From assembly GCA_964016885.1 (NCBI GenBank), contig OZ024741.1:379750001-379814000 (forward strand): 64,000 nucleotides of DNA. The letters run 5' to 3'. Below, piece by piece: positions 29,396 to 43,257 of this stretch (the stretch's first letter is position 1; each line of letters opens with the position of its first letter). The position numbers and the translations under genes were made by a program. This DNA comes from Eledone cirrhosa. Lineage: Eukaryota. The notes below the pieces were generated by a model. That model saw only the letters and a list, made by a program, of their open reading frames with translations. It was not told where the DNA came from and ran no database searches.

Positions 29396-29446
29396 ACGTG
29401 TGTGTGTATATATATGTATATATATATATATGTATGTATATATGTA

Positions 29447-29483
<37 letters not shown>

Positions 29484-29576
29484 GAAGAAATTCCGTCGGA
29501 AAAGTCCAGGAACTGTTTTGCTTTTAAGAAACCACTGGTAAATGGAATAATTGCCTTATGTTGTTTATTACATAAC

Positions 29577-29645
<69 letters not shown>

Positions 29646-29660
29646 GTATAAATATATATG

Positions 29661-29709
<49 letters not shown>

Positions 29710-29717
29710 ATATAAAT

Positions 29718-30560
<843 letters not shown>

Positions 30561-30634
30561 TAAAATAACAGATTAAAGTTTAAGCAAAGAATCGCTGCTT
30601 TCACCCTTAACGGGATCTTCAATTTTATTATTAT

Positions 30635-30714
<80 letters not shown>

Positions 30715-30721
<7 letters not shown>

Positions 30722-30930
30722 ATACTATGCGAGAGTCGTGCTGCCAATAACAACTCACACAACTGTTGGATTTCATTTCAGTTCATTATGAACTTCCAGT
30801 TTGTTAGTTTAAGAACCGCATGATTCTTTAATGTCAAAGCTCATTCGCCATATATACAGTGACCTCTTCATTGACTAATTTGTTATTTTATGTATCGCGT
30901 TTGTTCTGTCTTACGCCATCTTATTTTTGT
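30715..30930 (-). mobile_element. Decayed PLE pseudo-LTR fragment with remnant HHR
   Basis: Similar to 5148-5400 (ttgttatact..gccaataa..gtgacctcttca). Confidence 0.6.
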
Positions 30931-31004
30931 GAGACTCGAACTATGTGCTGTGTAGTTTGGCAATTGCTGTAGACCTAGTAAAATTAAATAATAAGATAGA
31001 CTTC

Positions 31005-34000
31005 TTTATTTGCCACAAGAGCACACAAGAAAGGGGACAATACAAATACTTATGCCGGGGATTTTACACACAGTCGTGTAAAAATATTGAAACAAACAAT
31101 TATAACAATCGAAATCCCAAATAGGAAGGAGGCACCACAAATGGGTTGTTTTATACCCCGTCGATAGGACAACCCTCAACTTCAAGAGCGTGTTGTGCAA
31201 GTGCTCCCTTCTTCCTTTTGCTCTTTTCTTTATCCTACAGGCTTATAAACAGAGAAGGCCCAATCACTCGGGCCATTTTCGCTTCATTCACCCACCTTTC
31301 AGTAAATTTACTGGGGTGCAGTGCCTCTCTCTCCACTCTGATTCTGCTTCTAAAGTGATATTTAAAGAAGGGAATCAGTTGTTTTCCGGAGAGAAGGACA
31401 TCTCTCCTCAGTCCTCTCAATCTCGTCCACCATATAATCTCTTTCACCATAGCCACTGTACAGAGGAAAACCTCCTCTCTTTGTTTTTGATAGATGCTGG
31501 CGGTTTGATCCTTACTATGGACATGGCAGTCAACTGGATTTGTCCCATACGCGACAGCAGTTGTTCTGCATAGTTCCACAGGTCGCTTACGCCGAGCAGT
31601 GTACAATTGCGTGCAAGACGGTTTCAATGTCCTGCTCGCATCTTGGACGCGTCCTCTTGGAAGGATCTCTGCTGGGGCGTACGTGCCTGTAGATCTTATC
31701 TCGAACGGGGAGAGCTCCTCGGTAGCACTGCCAGGCCAGGGACCTCTGGAAGTTGTCCATAGGTCCCGGGCGGAAAGTCCTTCCGAACAGACTGGTGAGC
31801 TCGTCGTCTTCGACGCCTAGAGTCTCCCCGAGTACGTCGTCGCACTGTAAAATACTAGGCCTCTATAGAATGTAGAAGTGGAGTCTCCGCTGATTGTTAT
31901 GCCCGCTTGATAGAGGACTGTGAGCGCCTGGGCGCATTCAATGTGCCAGGCGCCCATCTACTTCAGTCTTCGCTTGACCCAGGACTGCAGCTCCGTCCGC
32001 GAGACAAGTTGTCTCACAGACGGTGCCCACATCGGTTGGTCGGTGAGGAATACCTGGAGATGCAGTAGCCTCAGCGCATGTTTGCGCATCATTAGCCATG
32101 GCATGCCCAAACCTCCGTTGGAAGGGTGTTGACAGCGGACGGATTTTACTCACCAGTGGAGCCTGCTTGTTTCACAGGAACTGGAAGAGCATGCGTACGA
32201 TCTTGGTTAGGTATTCACGGGGACAAGGCACGGTAGTAGATGACGGATGCTATGAAAGCTTTCGCCACCTCCGCTCGACATTTCAAAGACAGTTTGCACT
32301 CTGCCCTCTTCTGGGTGAACGCAAATACCTTGGCCATGACCTCGTTCCAGTTTTTCTCCACCCGTAGGTATGGACTGAAACAGACCCCGAGCAATTTCAC
32401 CGGTCCTTCCGTCCAGGGTCCGAGGACGCTGTCGGACGGCATCGGTTTGCCTCTCGACGTTCCGAGTTGCAAATCAACAGACTTGTCTGGATTCAGTTTT
32501 TCTCCTGTGAACCTTTCGTATTCCTGTAGTAGGTTGCCGCCTACCCCGAGTTTTCGGCACCATTACCACCAGGTCGTCGTCATAAGCCGACGTTGCTTTA
32601 CGCAGTCCCGGTTCTAAGGGGATGCCCTGCAAAAGCTCCAACTTCCGCAGTAGTGGTTCTAGAGTCAATACGTACAGAATGGAGAGCATCCTTGTCGAAT
32701 GGAACGCGAGATTGCAAACGGCTCCGAGAGGTAGCCGTTCACCTTGACCTTCGAGCAAATGATGGTGTGCATCGCCTTGATCCAACCTCTGAAAACGGGA
32801 CCGAAACCGGCCGCCTTGAGAACCGCTTCCAAGTCTCGATGGTCGACCCTATCGAATGCCTCAGACTGATCTAAATTGATCAGAGCCCCACCGAAGCCGG
32901 GTTTACACTCAACCCTCTCTATGGTGTATCGCATGAGCTGGAGCTTTTTGTGTATGGACATGGTCGGGATTGCACACGTTTGCGCTTTCTCTACCAGGTT
33001 TTTGACAACAAGCGCCAGCCTCGTTGCTAACACCTTGGCTAAAATCTTTAACTCTGTGTCCCGTGTGTTGAGCAGAGTTATGGGCCTGCAATTGTATATT
33101 TCGTCCCCCTTGTTCTCGTCTTTGCTGATCAGCGTTACTACGCCCTTGCCTGCAGAATTGGAATTGTCCCGTTCTGCTGCTAATTGGAGTAGACGGCTTC
33201 GATGACGTCAGATAACAAGTCCGGCATGCCTATGTAAAACTAATAGGGTCGAATCTAGACCGGGTGATTTGCGTTTCCCGCAGTTGCCCAGAGCGTCCCG
33301 TGTCTCAGTGGCTGTGATCGGTCTTTCGCAGAACTCGGCGTCCATGTTCTAGAGACGCGGCAGGCCATCGAGGTATGAACCAAAGTCCATTTCCCCGTTC
33401 GGTGCACCCTCGTTCTGCTCAAACAGTCGTGCAAAGTGCCGCTGAAAGGCCGTGCACATCTGTCTGGGGTCAAGTAGCACGCGTCCGTTTTGGTCTTTCA
33501 AAGACCGAATCGTGGACTTGTTGCCACTTTTCGCTTCTTCCACTCGGGACCAGCTAACAGTTTTTGCTCCCTCGTTTCCTAGAGCACGTGATTTACTTCT
33601 GACCACGCAGCATTCGTGTTTCGCGTCGAAGAACTGGTCCAGTGCCGTTCTCGATGATTGCACTGTAGCTGCGTTGCCGCTCCTAAGCGCCTCTTCTACC
33701 TTGGCTACTAGTTCTGTTTCCGATTTGTTTTTCTCTAAAGCTAATTCTCTGCTAAACCCTATCGATTCTACTCTAATTGCTCTCTTGAGAGAGAACCACC
33801 ATCTATTGTTGACGAAGGCTCCCGTCAACTCTTGCTTAACTAATCTACTTATCCGTTCACTGAAGGCTTTTCGTGCCGTCAACGAAACGTTCAGTTTCCA
33901 GTATCCGTGTCCTTGAATATGTATTCTATCAAGGTTGACTATGCAGGCGACTAGTTTGTGATCTGAATAGGCAACCATGTGCATTTGTGGACAGGTTAAT

Positions 34001-35300
34001 ATCTTGTCCTTTTCTCTAATGAAAAACCTATCTAGGTACAATCTAGATGTCCCGCTGCGGTTTGCCCATGTCCACTGTGGTGCAGTCGGGAAATCTAGTC
34101 GATATCTATCGGTCAGTTGGAATTGGCCAATTAGATTTTTGAGGCTGTTGCACCCCACTCTACTGGGAGGTACTCCCACATAGTCCCATCGTGCATCCAG
34201 GATACCATCCATCCCCCACTAAAAGCAAGGAGCGAGACGTTCCCAGAAAAGACTCTAGACGCTTAAAGAAGTCTGGCCGCGATTGTGATTGCCCGGTCGG
34301 GGCATAAACGGTCACCAGTCTGAAGGCTCCACCTCCAATACTGTTCACGTCCGGGTCCAAGTGTACTTGCTGTATTTCGAGATTCAGGTCCCCCCCCCCT
34401 ACACATCCCGCCTAACAGAGAGATGCGTATATCTCAAAGTCATTGACGATGAGGGTTAGTTGCTGCTTGTTGTTGATCCTGGACGCGGTGATGGCTGTTA
34501 AATATATACCGTGTGACCTAAGGTCGTTTAAGAGTTGGCCCTGTTTCCAGGGCATCCCTAGGCCACGCACATTCACGCTTCCAACTCGTAAGCCAGCCAT
34601 GTTGGTGGAGAAGTGTTGGCGAAAAGGACGAAAAGGAGCACTTACGTTTTCGTTTCCTGGAGATCAGGTTGTTCAATCTCCATTTCAGTTCTTGTAGGGG
34701 TGTTGAAACATTTCAACAGGACACGGCTTATTGGTTTTTGACAGGGGTTGCCAACCTCTTGTGAAAACTGTTCTTTCAATTTCTGATAGGTTTCTATCGA
34801 AACCCTTATTAGTTTTAGGTGTGGTTGAGAGTCTGCTTTTGCAAAAGTTGTCCCCTCAGTTTCCACTTTGGGGTCCTGTGAGATGACCTCCATCAAATTT
34901 GTGTTGTTGGTGTTGATATATGTATATTGTTGTTTTTGTTTTGGTTGTGTTGTTTTAGTTTGTTGTTCGTCTGTGAGTTTTCTTTTTTGTGTTTGGGGAG
35001 GTGTTGATGTTTATTTTGTTGGTAGGGGGAGGTTTGGTTGTGGTATTGTTGGTGTTGTTGTTTGTGTCTGCGGTTGTGTGTTGGTGTTGGTGATTGGAGT
35101 TTTGGGGGTCTTGGGGTGTCTCTTCTTTTTGTTTTTTTTTTATTTCCAAGGCTCTCCTTCTTCTTCACTTAAAGAAGGAGAAGCAACCTCCCCTGTTAAT
35201 GAATAATCCTCATCAGGAGTGTGGGGTAGGGGTATGTTGTGTGGTGATGGTGTTTGGTGTGTGGGTTTGTGGTAGTGTTGGATTGAGTGGGTGGGGTAGT
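31005..35300 (-). mobile_element. L1/Tx1-clade LINE, decayed
   Basis: APE: GSVNVRGL, VYAPTG, YLDRFFI, SDHK, GYWKLN. RT: LINLDQSEAFDRVDH, SIRQGCSP, AYDDD, VKLLGV. AATAAA at the 3' end (~31010). Upstream low-complexity sequence may be an ORF1 remnant. Confidence 0.85.
31235..34600 (-). pseudogene. Tx1-like ORF2 (APE endonuclease + RT), frameshifted
   Basis: Collinear ORF fragments 34412-34600, 34160-34360, 33349-34212, 32665-33033, 32474-32785, 32215-32472 and 31235-31627. Confidence 0.85.
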
Positions 35301-35859
35301 AGTTGAAAAACCAGTTATTTTCATAAAAGCCCCAAATCGTAGAACATATGCTTTTGAGAAGAACACCTGCAGTAAATTTCTGCAAATTAAATTAGGAGCG
35401 TATTATATAGCATAAAATGTATGAAGTGACAGTATAGGAATTGGAATACGACTTACAATGATAAACAATCAATGGTTACTCATTAGTTCTGAATATTTAA
35501 TGTTCAATGGGTAAGCGCAATTTCTAATTTCTAACACTACTTTATACATATTCACTTTTCTTTCTTTCTTTCTTTCTTTTTAAATGTCAGTTCTGAAGTT
35601 TTAACATTTAATTTTCAATGTATAATTCTAATTTCTAGACCCCTAGCAATACTTTATCTATCCAATTATGTTTATGGGGAGTTAAACAATAATTTCCTCA
35701 TGAATATAAGCTTGTAATGCAAACTAGATGAAGTACGTTCTCCGACAATAAAATAATTATAGTTGGGAAGGAGTTGCATGCATCTCACCACACGACTTCA
35801 GGCTTGCTGGTGCTCTCGTCTACTGGACGAGAGCCTAGCAGTAAAATAAAATACCTTAG

Positions 35860-36125
35860 GATGAATTGAACTCGTGACCGCAATATCTTAGCAGCTGCGA
35901 TGGAGAAGAGGCTCCGTATGTGAGATAGGCCTGTCTCTGTGGCCACATCTGCTTGCAGAAAGTGGTTGAGATACGGATGGTCTGTCAGACTTCCATCACC
36001 AGAGTCGAAATGGCCAAAGCTCAGCCGTCGGATTCCTGAATTTGTTCATATCTGCCACTCTACTACGCCAAACATCAAGTAGTCTAGTGCGTTATGGTCC
36101 ACCTGGTATTTTAACGCACCTTCTT

Positions 36126-36130
<5 letters not shown>
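35860..36130 (+). repeat. Short interspersed element family (related segments at 4775-4913 and 37664-37718)
   Basis: Shared ccactctactac...gtgcgttatggtccacctgg ending in (TA)n. Possible decayed long-stem-II HHR (gaaga ggctc...gagtc GAAA tggcca). Confidence 0.6.
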
Positions 36131-36176
<46 letters not shown>

Positions 36177-36178
<2 letters not shown>

Positions 36179-36990
36179 AAACACACAGATACATGCGGTC
36201 ACACACATATATACATGAATGCATCCGCACCCAACTGTGAGTTAAGGGTGCCAACTTCACCGATGTTGCTCAATGAATGACTGGGACAGACCAATTCAGT
36301 CGAACTAGACTGAACCAGTATCAGAGTTAAAAATACATTATGAAGAGAGAAGAAACATTTAGATATAATTAGTAATAAAATGTATCATACCTAAACTGCT
36401 CCTAAATTCCTCGACTACGTAGTTTCGTGGCATAAACAAAAACAATATATCAAAGATATAGAGTCCCTGCGAGGTCTTCCGACTTATCAAGAGGATACCT
36501 CATTTTACTAGTCTCAAGAACGCGTCTACACGACGTGAGAAAGAATCCCAAAAGGCGGAGGGGGAGATAGTCACGCGATATAACGGTCGAGAAACAGAGC
36601 TAAGCCTCTTATAACCACGAAGAAAATACCACGGAGGCGGAGGGCGTATTCATATCGAAGCCGCAGAAGAGGTGGTGAAGAAGGCGAAAAGTATGAGTAA
36701 TGGAAGCTTTCCAGTTGTCCCCACACTTCAAAGATTGCTCGACCAGAGGGAGTTATTAACAATATATTTAGAAACACACAGATACATGCGGACACACACA
36801 TATATACATGAATACATCCGCACCCAACTGTGAGTTAAGGGTGCCAACTTCACCGATGTTGCTCAATGAATGACTGGGACAGACCAATTCAGTCGAACTA
36901 GACTGAACCAGTATCAGAGTTAAAAATACATTATGAAGAGAGAAGAAACATTTAGATATAATTAGTAATAAAATGTATCATACCTAAACT
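36177..36990 (-). mobile_element. Partial-tandem (~593-bp unit) non-coding element with decayed HHR at 36408-36495
   Basis: 36178-36397 repeated at ~36771-36990. Minus strand: tcctc TTGATAA g...c GAAA ctacgtag TC gagga. Flanked by (TA)n. Confidence 0.7.
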
Positions 36991-37010
36991 ATATATATAT
37001 ATATATATAT

Positions 37011-37418
37011 ATAAAATATTAAACAAATAATGAATAAACAATTCCTTATATTAAACAAAAAAAGTTCATTATTTAACGATCGTTTCTAGGATATATATGT
37101 GTTAGAGTTGGCATGCATATTCAACAGATCTATGTACAAAATTATACAAAATTATACAAACTATCAAGATTAAATATACATACCAACACATATATACGCC
37201 GTCTTCAGAAATAATTATTTCTGAAGACGGCGTATATATGTGTTGGTATGTATATTTAATCTTGATAGTTTGTATAATTTTGTATAATTTTGTACATAGA
37301 TCTGTTGAATATGCATGCCAACTCTAACACATATATATCCTAGAAACGATCGTTAAATAATGAACTTTTTTTGTTTAATATAAGGAATTGTTTATTCATT
37401 ATTTGTTTAATATTTTAT
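37011..37418. repeat. Apparently perfect 408-bp palindrome
   Basis: Axis between 37214 and 37215 (cagaaataa|ttatttctg). Confidence 0.95.
37214..37361 (+). ncRNA. Type I hammerhead with long stem II (mirror 37068-37215 on minus strand)
   Basis: attattt CTGAAGA ..tatatatgtgttgg...ctaacacatatata.. GAAA cgatcg TT aaataat. Confidence 0.75.
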
Positions 37419-37549
37419 CTTGACTCTGTATACCGTTTATCTTTCACCGAAAGTGATTTTTCATTAAATTTCTTCTTTCCATGATATCCGGAATACATTG
37501 AGTTCTTCATACGGATTGGACACTACCGTAAACTCTTGGTAGATTTATC

Positions 37550-37666
<117 letters not shown>

Positions 37667-37714
37667 AGTAGTCTGGTGCGTTATGGTCCACCTGGTATTT
37701 TAACGCACCTTCTT

Positions 37715-37764
<50 letters not shown>

Positions 37765-37769
37765 TGACT

Positions 37770-38089
37770 GCGCTATCATTTTTAAAGTAGTGACTATGCC
37801 ACTTACTTCTTTTTTTCGGCAACAGATGGGAAGCTAACAGAGTCTGTTTGACGGAGTTGGCGATTCTTTGCCCAAAATTATAGAGGTTGGATTCTTATAT
37901 AATTCCAGTAATAATCAGGAGCTGATTATACAGGGTGATTGCCGGTCCACCAAAAATTAGGTATTACGATTGGTGCTCTGAAATATACCTTGCGCTATCA
38001 TTTTTAAAGTTATGACTATGTCACTTCTTTTTTTTTTCGGCAAAAGAAGGGAGGGAATCTAACACAGTTTGTTTCACGCTGTTAGCGAT

Positions 38090-38091
<2 letters not shown>
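37770..38091. repeat. Partial tandem duplication, ~222-bp period, between (TA)n tracts
   Basis: tgcgctatcatttttaaagt..tgactatg..cacttc..ttttcggcaa at 37770 and ~37992. Confidence 0.8.
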
Positions 38092-38144
<53 letters not shown>

Positions 38145-38185
38145 CGAAACATAAGTCAACTGCATGAACTCATAATGCTTTATTT

Positions 38186-38241
38186 ACTGCGATACATATT
38201 TCGATGATAGCCATTGATTGGCTATGACCTCATCAGTCAGT
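38186..38241 (-). ncRNA. Type I hammerhead ribozyme, intact core
   Basis: actga CTGATGA ggt-c-atagcca-atcaa-tggctat-c-atc GAAA tatgta TC gcagt. Confidence 0.8.
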
Positions 38242-39044
38242 TCTTAGATATGCCAGCTCTGTGTTTATAGTGTTGATGGTATCAGAGCCTTGGGACATAT
38301 GAGCTTGTTAGAAATAATTTAATGTTGTCAGCAGGAATAGTCTTAATTCTCATTGGTCAGTTTGTAGATGCTAGTAGGGTTGGTATTTGACCTCAAAGAG
38401 GCATCTATATATATACAATGATATTAAATAAATGGAAACTATATTTATAAAACCATATTTATTCTATTATATATACACCAACATTTGGTACGCTTCATAA
38501 GACAAAATAGAAAGTTTGTTTTATAAATTTTGACATAACCAAGGAAAGATAACCTAGCGGTTCAAGTTTTCCTTTGATAGTGAAGGGAAGAAAAGTCAGA
38601 TATTTCAAATTATTAAGATGAGTATGCAAATGAGGTTGAGGTATAGGGCTGAAAAAACCCCGTTAATTTAGACCCTTTGGAGAATTTAAATAATTAGGAT
38701 ATATGTGTATAAGAAGAAGAAAAAGGAAGATGATCTTGTATTTACGTTAATTTAAAACGAATTAACAATTTGGGGGAATGGTGGATGATGATTCCAGAAT
38801 CTAAATGTATTTAGTTATATTATTTAGTTATAATATTGTATATATAATCAATTAGATTATATGAAGAATTATGTTTGCAAGTATATTTTATCTTATTACA
38901 TTACAATAGGTTATAAGTGTATCAATATTTATATAGATTAATAATTGTGCATGTATAAGTATTATAGAAATAGAAATAATTTACAATTATTAGTTGTTTA
39001 TATTTCTATTATTAGTTACGAATGATGTTGATAACCATAGCAAT

Positions 39045-39720
39045 AGTGAAATTAATAGGAAAAGGAAATCCATAATACCATTGTTCAACAACTACCACCT
39101 CAAGTTAGAAATAGAGAATAACTACAAAATTGTTAACTTCTTAGATGTAACCTTAAACCTTAGCACAGGTCTTTACTATCCTTTCCATAAAATTAAGGAA
39201 AATCTAAATTACGGAAGTTTCAATTATATTCACGCTAGCAGTATTAGAAACACTATTGTCAATAGCGTCCAACAACGGATTTCACGCATCTCTGTTAATA
39301 CAAATATTTTTGTTGATAACGCAGAATATTACAATGAAGCTTTACATAGAGCAGAATACTGGATTAAAATTAAATACATAGATAACAATAACATGACAAA
39401 TCATTCTAAAATTAATTATAATAATAATAAACAATTTAACTTAAACACTAAACCAAACAAAACAACTAGGACTAGAAATATTATTTGGTACTCTCTCCCA
39501 TTCTCATTAAGCAGTAAAACACATTTAGCAAAGCTATTCTTTAAAGCACTAGACAAATGTTTTGCTAAAACCCACATATACCATTCTATTTTTAACAGAC
39601 ACACTATAAAACAAACCTACTCTACTACTATGAACATAGCACAACATATAAATAGAATTAATAATAGAAAGTTAAATAATAATAGAAACCTTAACCCTAA
39701 CCAAACTAACATGGAGACGT
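39045..39720 (+). pseudogene. PLE RT-thumb/linker fragment related to 430-2480
   Basis: IVNFLDVTLNLSTGLYYPFHK, YYNEALHRAEY, RNIIWYSLPFS, HSIFNRHTIK. Confidence 0.8.
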
Positions 39721-42425
39721 AGAACAGGTCTGAAGATGTAGACTTCTTTGCCCAGGCTACTCCGTCGTTGAAGAGCAGGGTTTTCGGGAGTGAGATTGCC
39801 TAAACACGAGAAATTAATTCTTCACACGGTGTCAACACGTCTCGAAACACCTCTTACGTAACTACAAAGCTCCGGATTGAATTACAACAACATCCTAATT
39901 TTCTTATCAACTAGAAACTTTTCGGACTTTCGCAGTTATCTCCCTTAAACCTCTGGTACGCATTTTAGTATTGACTGTGTGAAGTGATCGTTTCTACGCA
40001 TGCGCGTTCGTACGGTTTTCCTTCCAGTTCCGTATAACCATGTCCATTACGAGCTGAGATGAAAAAATTGTTCTCGGTATGGTGAACTAACTGTTGTGTA
40101 ACCACTTCTACCTAACTCATCCCTTGGACTGAGTGTTCTACCACTACGGATGTCCACCACTATCTATGTCTCCAGCAGCGGTCAGCAGATTCTCCTCACT
40201 ACGTAGAAGTTGGCTTTTAGCAGATTCTTCACCATTTGCGAGTTTGGCTTACTACCCTGAGAGCGCCGTATATATCCTCGTGTCCTACACAATTTTGCGT
40301 CTCATCAGCGTCAGTATGGATTTATACGAACTGACTTACTCACTGAAGAACATTTCAACTCCCTCAAACCATATTTACCAAAAGCTCCTCCTACAAAAAC
40401 GAAAGATGTCGTCAGACGCTTAAGATGGCGAGCCCTAGCTTTCGACGGCAAAATTACAGGCACCAACAACACCTTCTACCTGAAATCGAGAGCCTACTCT
40501 CCTAAGGTAACCGAAATTCCTCCTTTCGAGACGGACCTTCTTGACTTAGTCGCTAATATTTACGAAGTCGACAACACCACTTTCCGTAACCTGACCCATT
40601 ACGCTATTACTTCTAAATATAAGAAAGCTAACCCTATGGCTTACCACGACATTCATACAGAAGCCAAGGAACTCGCTACCGACCTTAAGGTAGATAAGAA
40701 GCTACAATCTCTAGCTAAGCGGGAGGCGTTCCTCACTCTGAAAGATCTCAAGGTAGACTTTACTTCTAACCCGATATGTAGACTAATAAACCCGGCACGC
40801 ACAGATATGGGACTAGTCAGTAAGGCCATACTTATAAACATAGTTAAGACCATTAGGACCAAGTCCAACCTGCCCCAGTAGGAGAAAAGCGACTCCGTAA
40901 TTACGTGGTTTAACTCCTTAAAATCCGAAAAAGAGAAGTTCACAGAGTTTGACATTGTCGATTTTTACCCGTCGATCTCAGAGACCCTGTTAAACAAAGC
41001 GTTGGACTTCGCTACCACTTATACCACCGTCGATGGTTTAGACAGGGAAATCATCGCTCACTGCCGGAAAACCCTCCTCTTCAGCGACGGAGTAGCCTGG
41101 GCAAAGAAGTCTACATCTTCAGACCTGTTCGACGTCTCCATGGGATCGTTTGACAGCGCTGACGTATGTGACTTGGTTGGCCTTTTTATCTTAGACATAT
41201 TACGTGTTAGATTCCCGGACTTCCACACCGGAATATACCGTGACGATGGACTGACTTTATCGAGCCATAAAAGTGGTCACGACCTCGACCGGTTTAAAAA
41301 AGACTTAGCTTCTACCTTCAATGAATTAGGCCTTAGGATAACAGTAGCCACCAACCTCTCTAGCGTAGAGTTCTTAGACATTAATTTAGACCTTCGCACA
41401 CACACCCGCAGACCATTCCATAAGCTAAACGAGAAACTTAATTACATTCACAAGGACTCATGCCATCCTCCCACTCTTTTTAAAAACTTCGTTAAGAATA
41501 TCAGTACTAGAAACTGAAACCTCTCCTCTAATAGGCTATTTTTGACAGGGCAGCACCCTACTATAACACGGCGTTGGCTAACAGCGGCTTCTCACAACCT
41601 ATCACTTACTCTCCCACTAGCAAAAACACCATTAAGAAAAGTAAGCGCAACAATAGACAAACTATCTGGTTCTCTCCTCCCTTCTCACTCAACGTTAAAA
41701 CCAATGTAGGAAAAACATTTCTAGCCCTCTTAGATAGACACTTCCCCATAGGTGATAAATACCGCTCCATCTTTGACCGACACAAAGTTAAACTAGGATA
41801 CTCCTGCGCTAAGAACATGAAGGCCCACATCACCAGCAGCCCTAGGAGCAACATCCCACCAGGGTGCTCTTGCCGTAAGCCTGAAGCTTTCCCCCATCAA
41901 CAGCAATGGAACACACCAACTGTAATCTATGAAGCTGTGGTCACTTCGAAACGACCAATCGAACCACAGGAGGTCAAATCCTATGTGGGCATGGCGGAGG
42001 GCCGATTCAAGGAGCGTTTCCTGTATCACCAGTCTACCTTCAGATACCCGGTCAGACGTTCATCCACGAAACTCGCGAGCCACGTATGGTCCCTCAAGGA
42101 CACAAGTATAGGCTACTCCATTCAATGGAAAGCCATCACTAAGTTATTTTAATTTTATTTTCAACTTAAAAACTTTCCGGACTTTCGCAGTTATCTACCT
42201 TACACATCTCGCACGCTGTCTAGTATTGCCTGTGTGAGTGACCGAGTTTCTGCGCGTGCGCGTTCGTACGAGTGTCCTTCCTATTCCTATAACCACACAC
42301 ATCCCGAGCTGAAGATCCGCTAAGTTGAAACAATTGTTCTCGGTATGGTGAACCACTTCTACCTAACTCGTCCCTTGGACTGAGTTCTCTACCACTACGG
42401 ATATTACCTTCCAGTGTTCCACTAC
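39720..42425 (+). mobile_element. Penelope-like element with direct pseudo-LTRs (~39907-40151 and ~42161-42402)
   Basis: Direct repeats cggactttcgcagttatct...cccttggactgag..ccactacgga. Internal RT (FDIVDFYPSIS, FDVSMGSFDSA, GIYRDDGL, VEFLDINL) and GIY-YIG (VIYEAVV..YVGMAEGRFKERF). Confidence 0.9.
42304..42343 (+). ncRNA. Minimal type I hammerhead in PLE pseudo-LTR
   Basis: ccgag CTGAAGA tccgctaagtt GAAA caattg TT ctcgg; stem II poorly paired. The upstream copy at ~40050-40076 has a deletion. Confidence 0.65.
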
Positions 42426-42620
42426 TATATATATATATATGTATATATATATATAATCATAACTGTTTAACGATAGCATTGGTTAGACGAGTTGTCCCGT
42501 TCAAATGATTTAGTTTTGTTCATAAATAAGTGATTTGTGGTTGGTTTCTACAGCTGGATGCCCGTCGTAATGCTAATCACATTTACAGTGTGTGACAGTG
42601 GGTGCGTATATAGATATATG

Positions 42621-42900
42621 CTAGCAGAAGTACACGGTGTTGCCCGCGTTAAAAACATAATGAAATGTCACTCAAGCCCTTTTCTAGGGTATATACAATT
42701 TTTTTTATATGGCTATTTCTTTTATGTCTATTTTATATGTCTAATATTTGAAATATGATTTCATACTTAGTTTCTTTATTCCTTTCATATCTTTTATTTG
42801 CTGTATTTTCATATCACCAATGAAATGAAGTTGTAAATATGTTTGAACTTCTTTGAATATTGATGAAGTGGTCCAATTCTCTGGTACCGTTTCCCTTAGA
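42621..42900 (-). mobile_element. Decayed Helitron 3' end
   Basis: Minus strand cgcgggcaacaccgtg tacttctg CTAG; 5' extent uncertain. Confidence 0.45.
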
Positions 42901-43171
42901 GCTTGAAAATAGGTACAAAGCCAACTTCATATATGATATTTTCGCCAAATGATGTCATTTTTGGAACCCCTTATTGTACTTCTGTATATTGTGAAGAAAG
43001 TGTATTGATTCAGTAGTTGTATCATTCAGTAGTCCCATCAAGGGTTCTGATTGTTCAGGTAATAACCTAAACAAACGAGCTATTTTCATAAATTGCCCTA
43101 GTAATTTGAAACACACAATTTACTGTGTTTATGCTACATAATATCATGTATATATATATAAATACACATAT

Positions 43172-43257
<86 letters not shown>

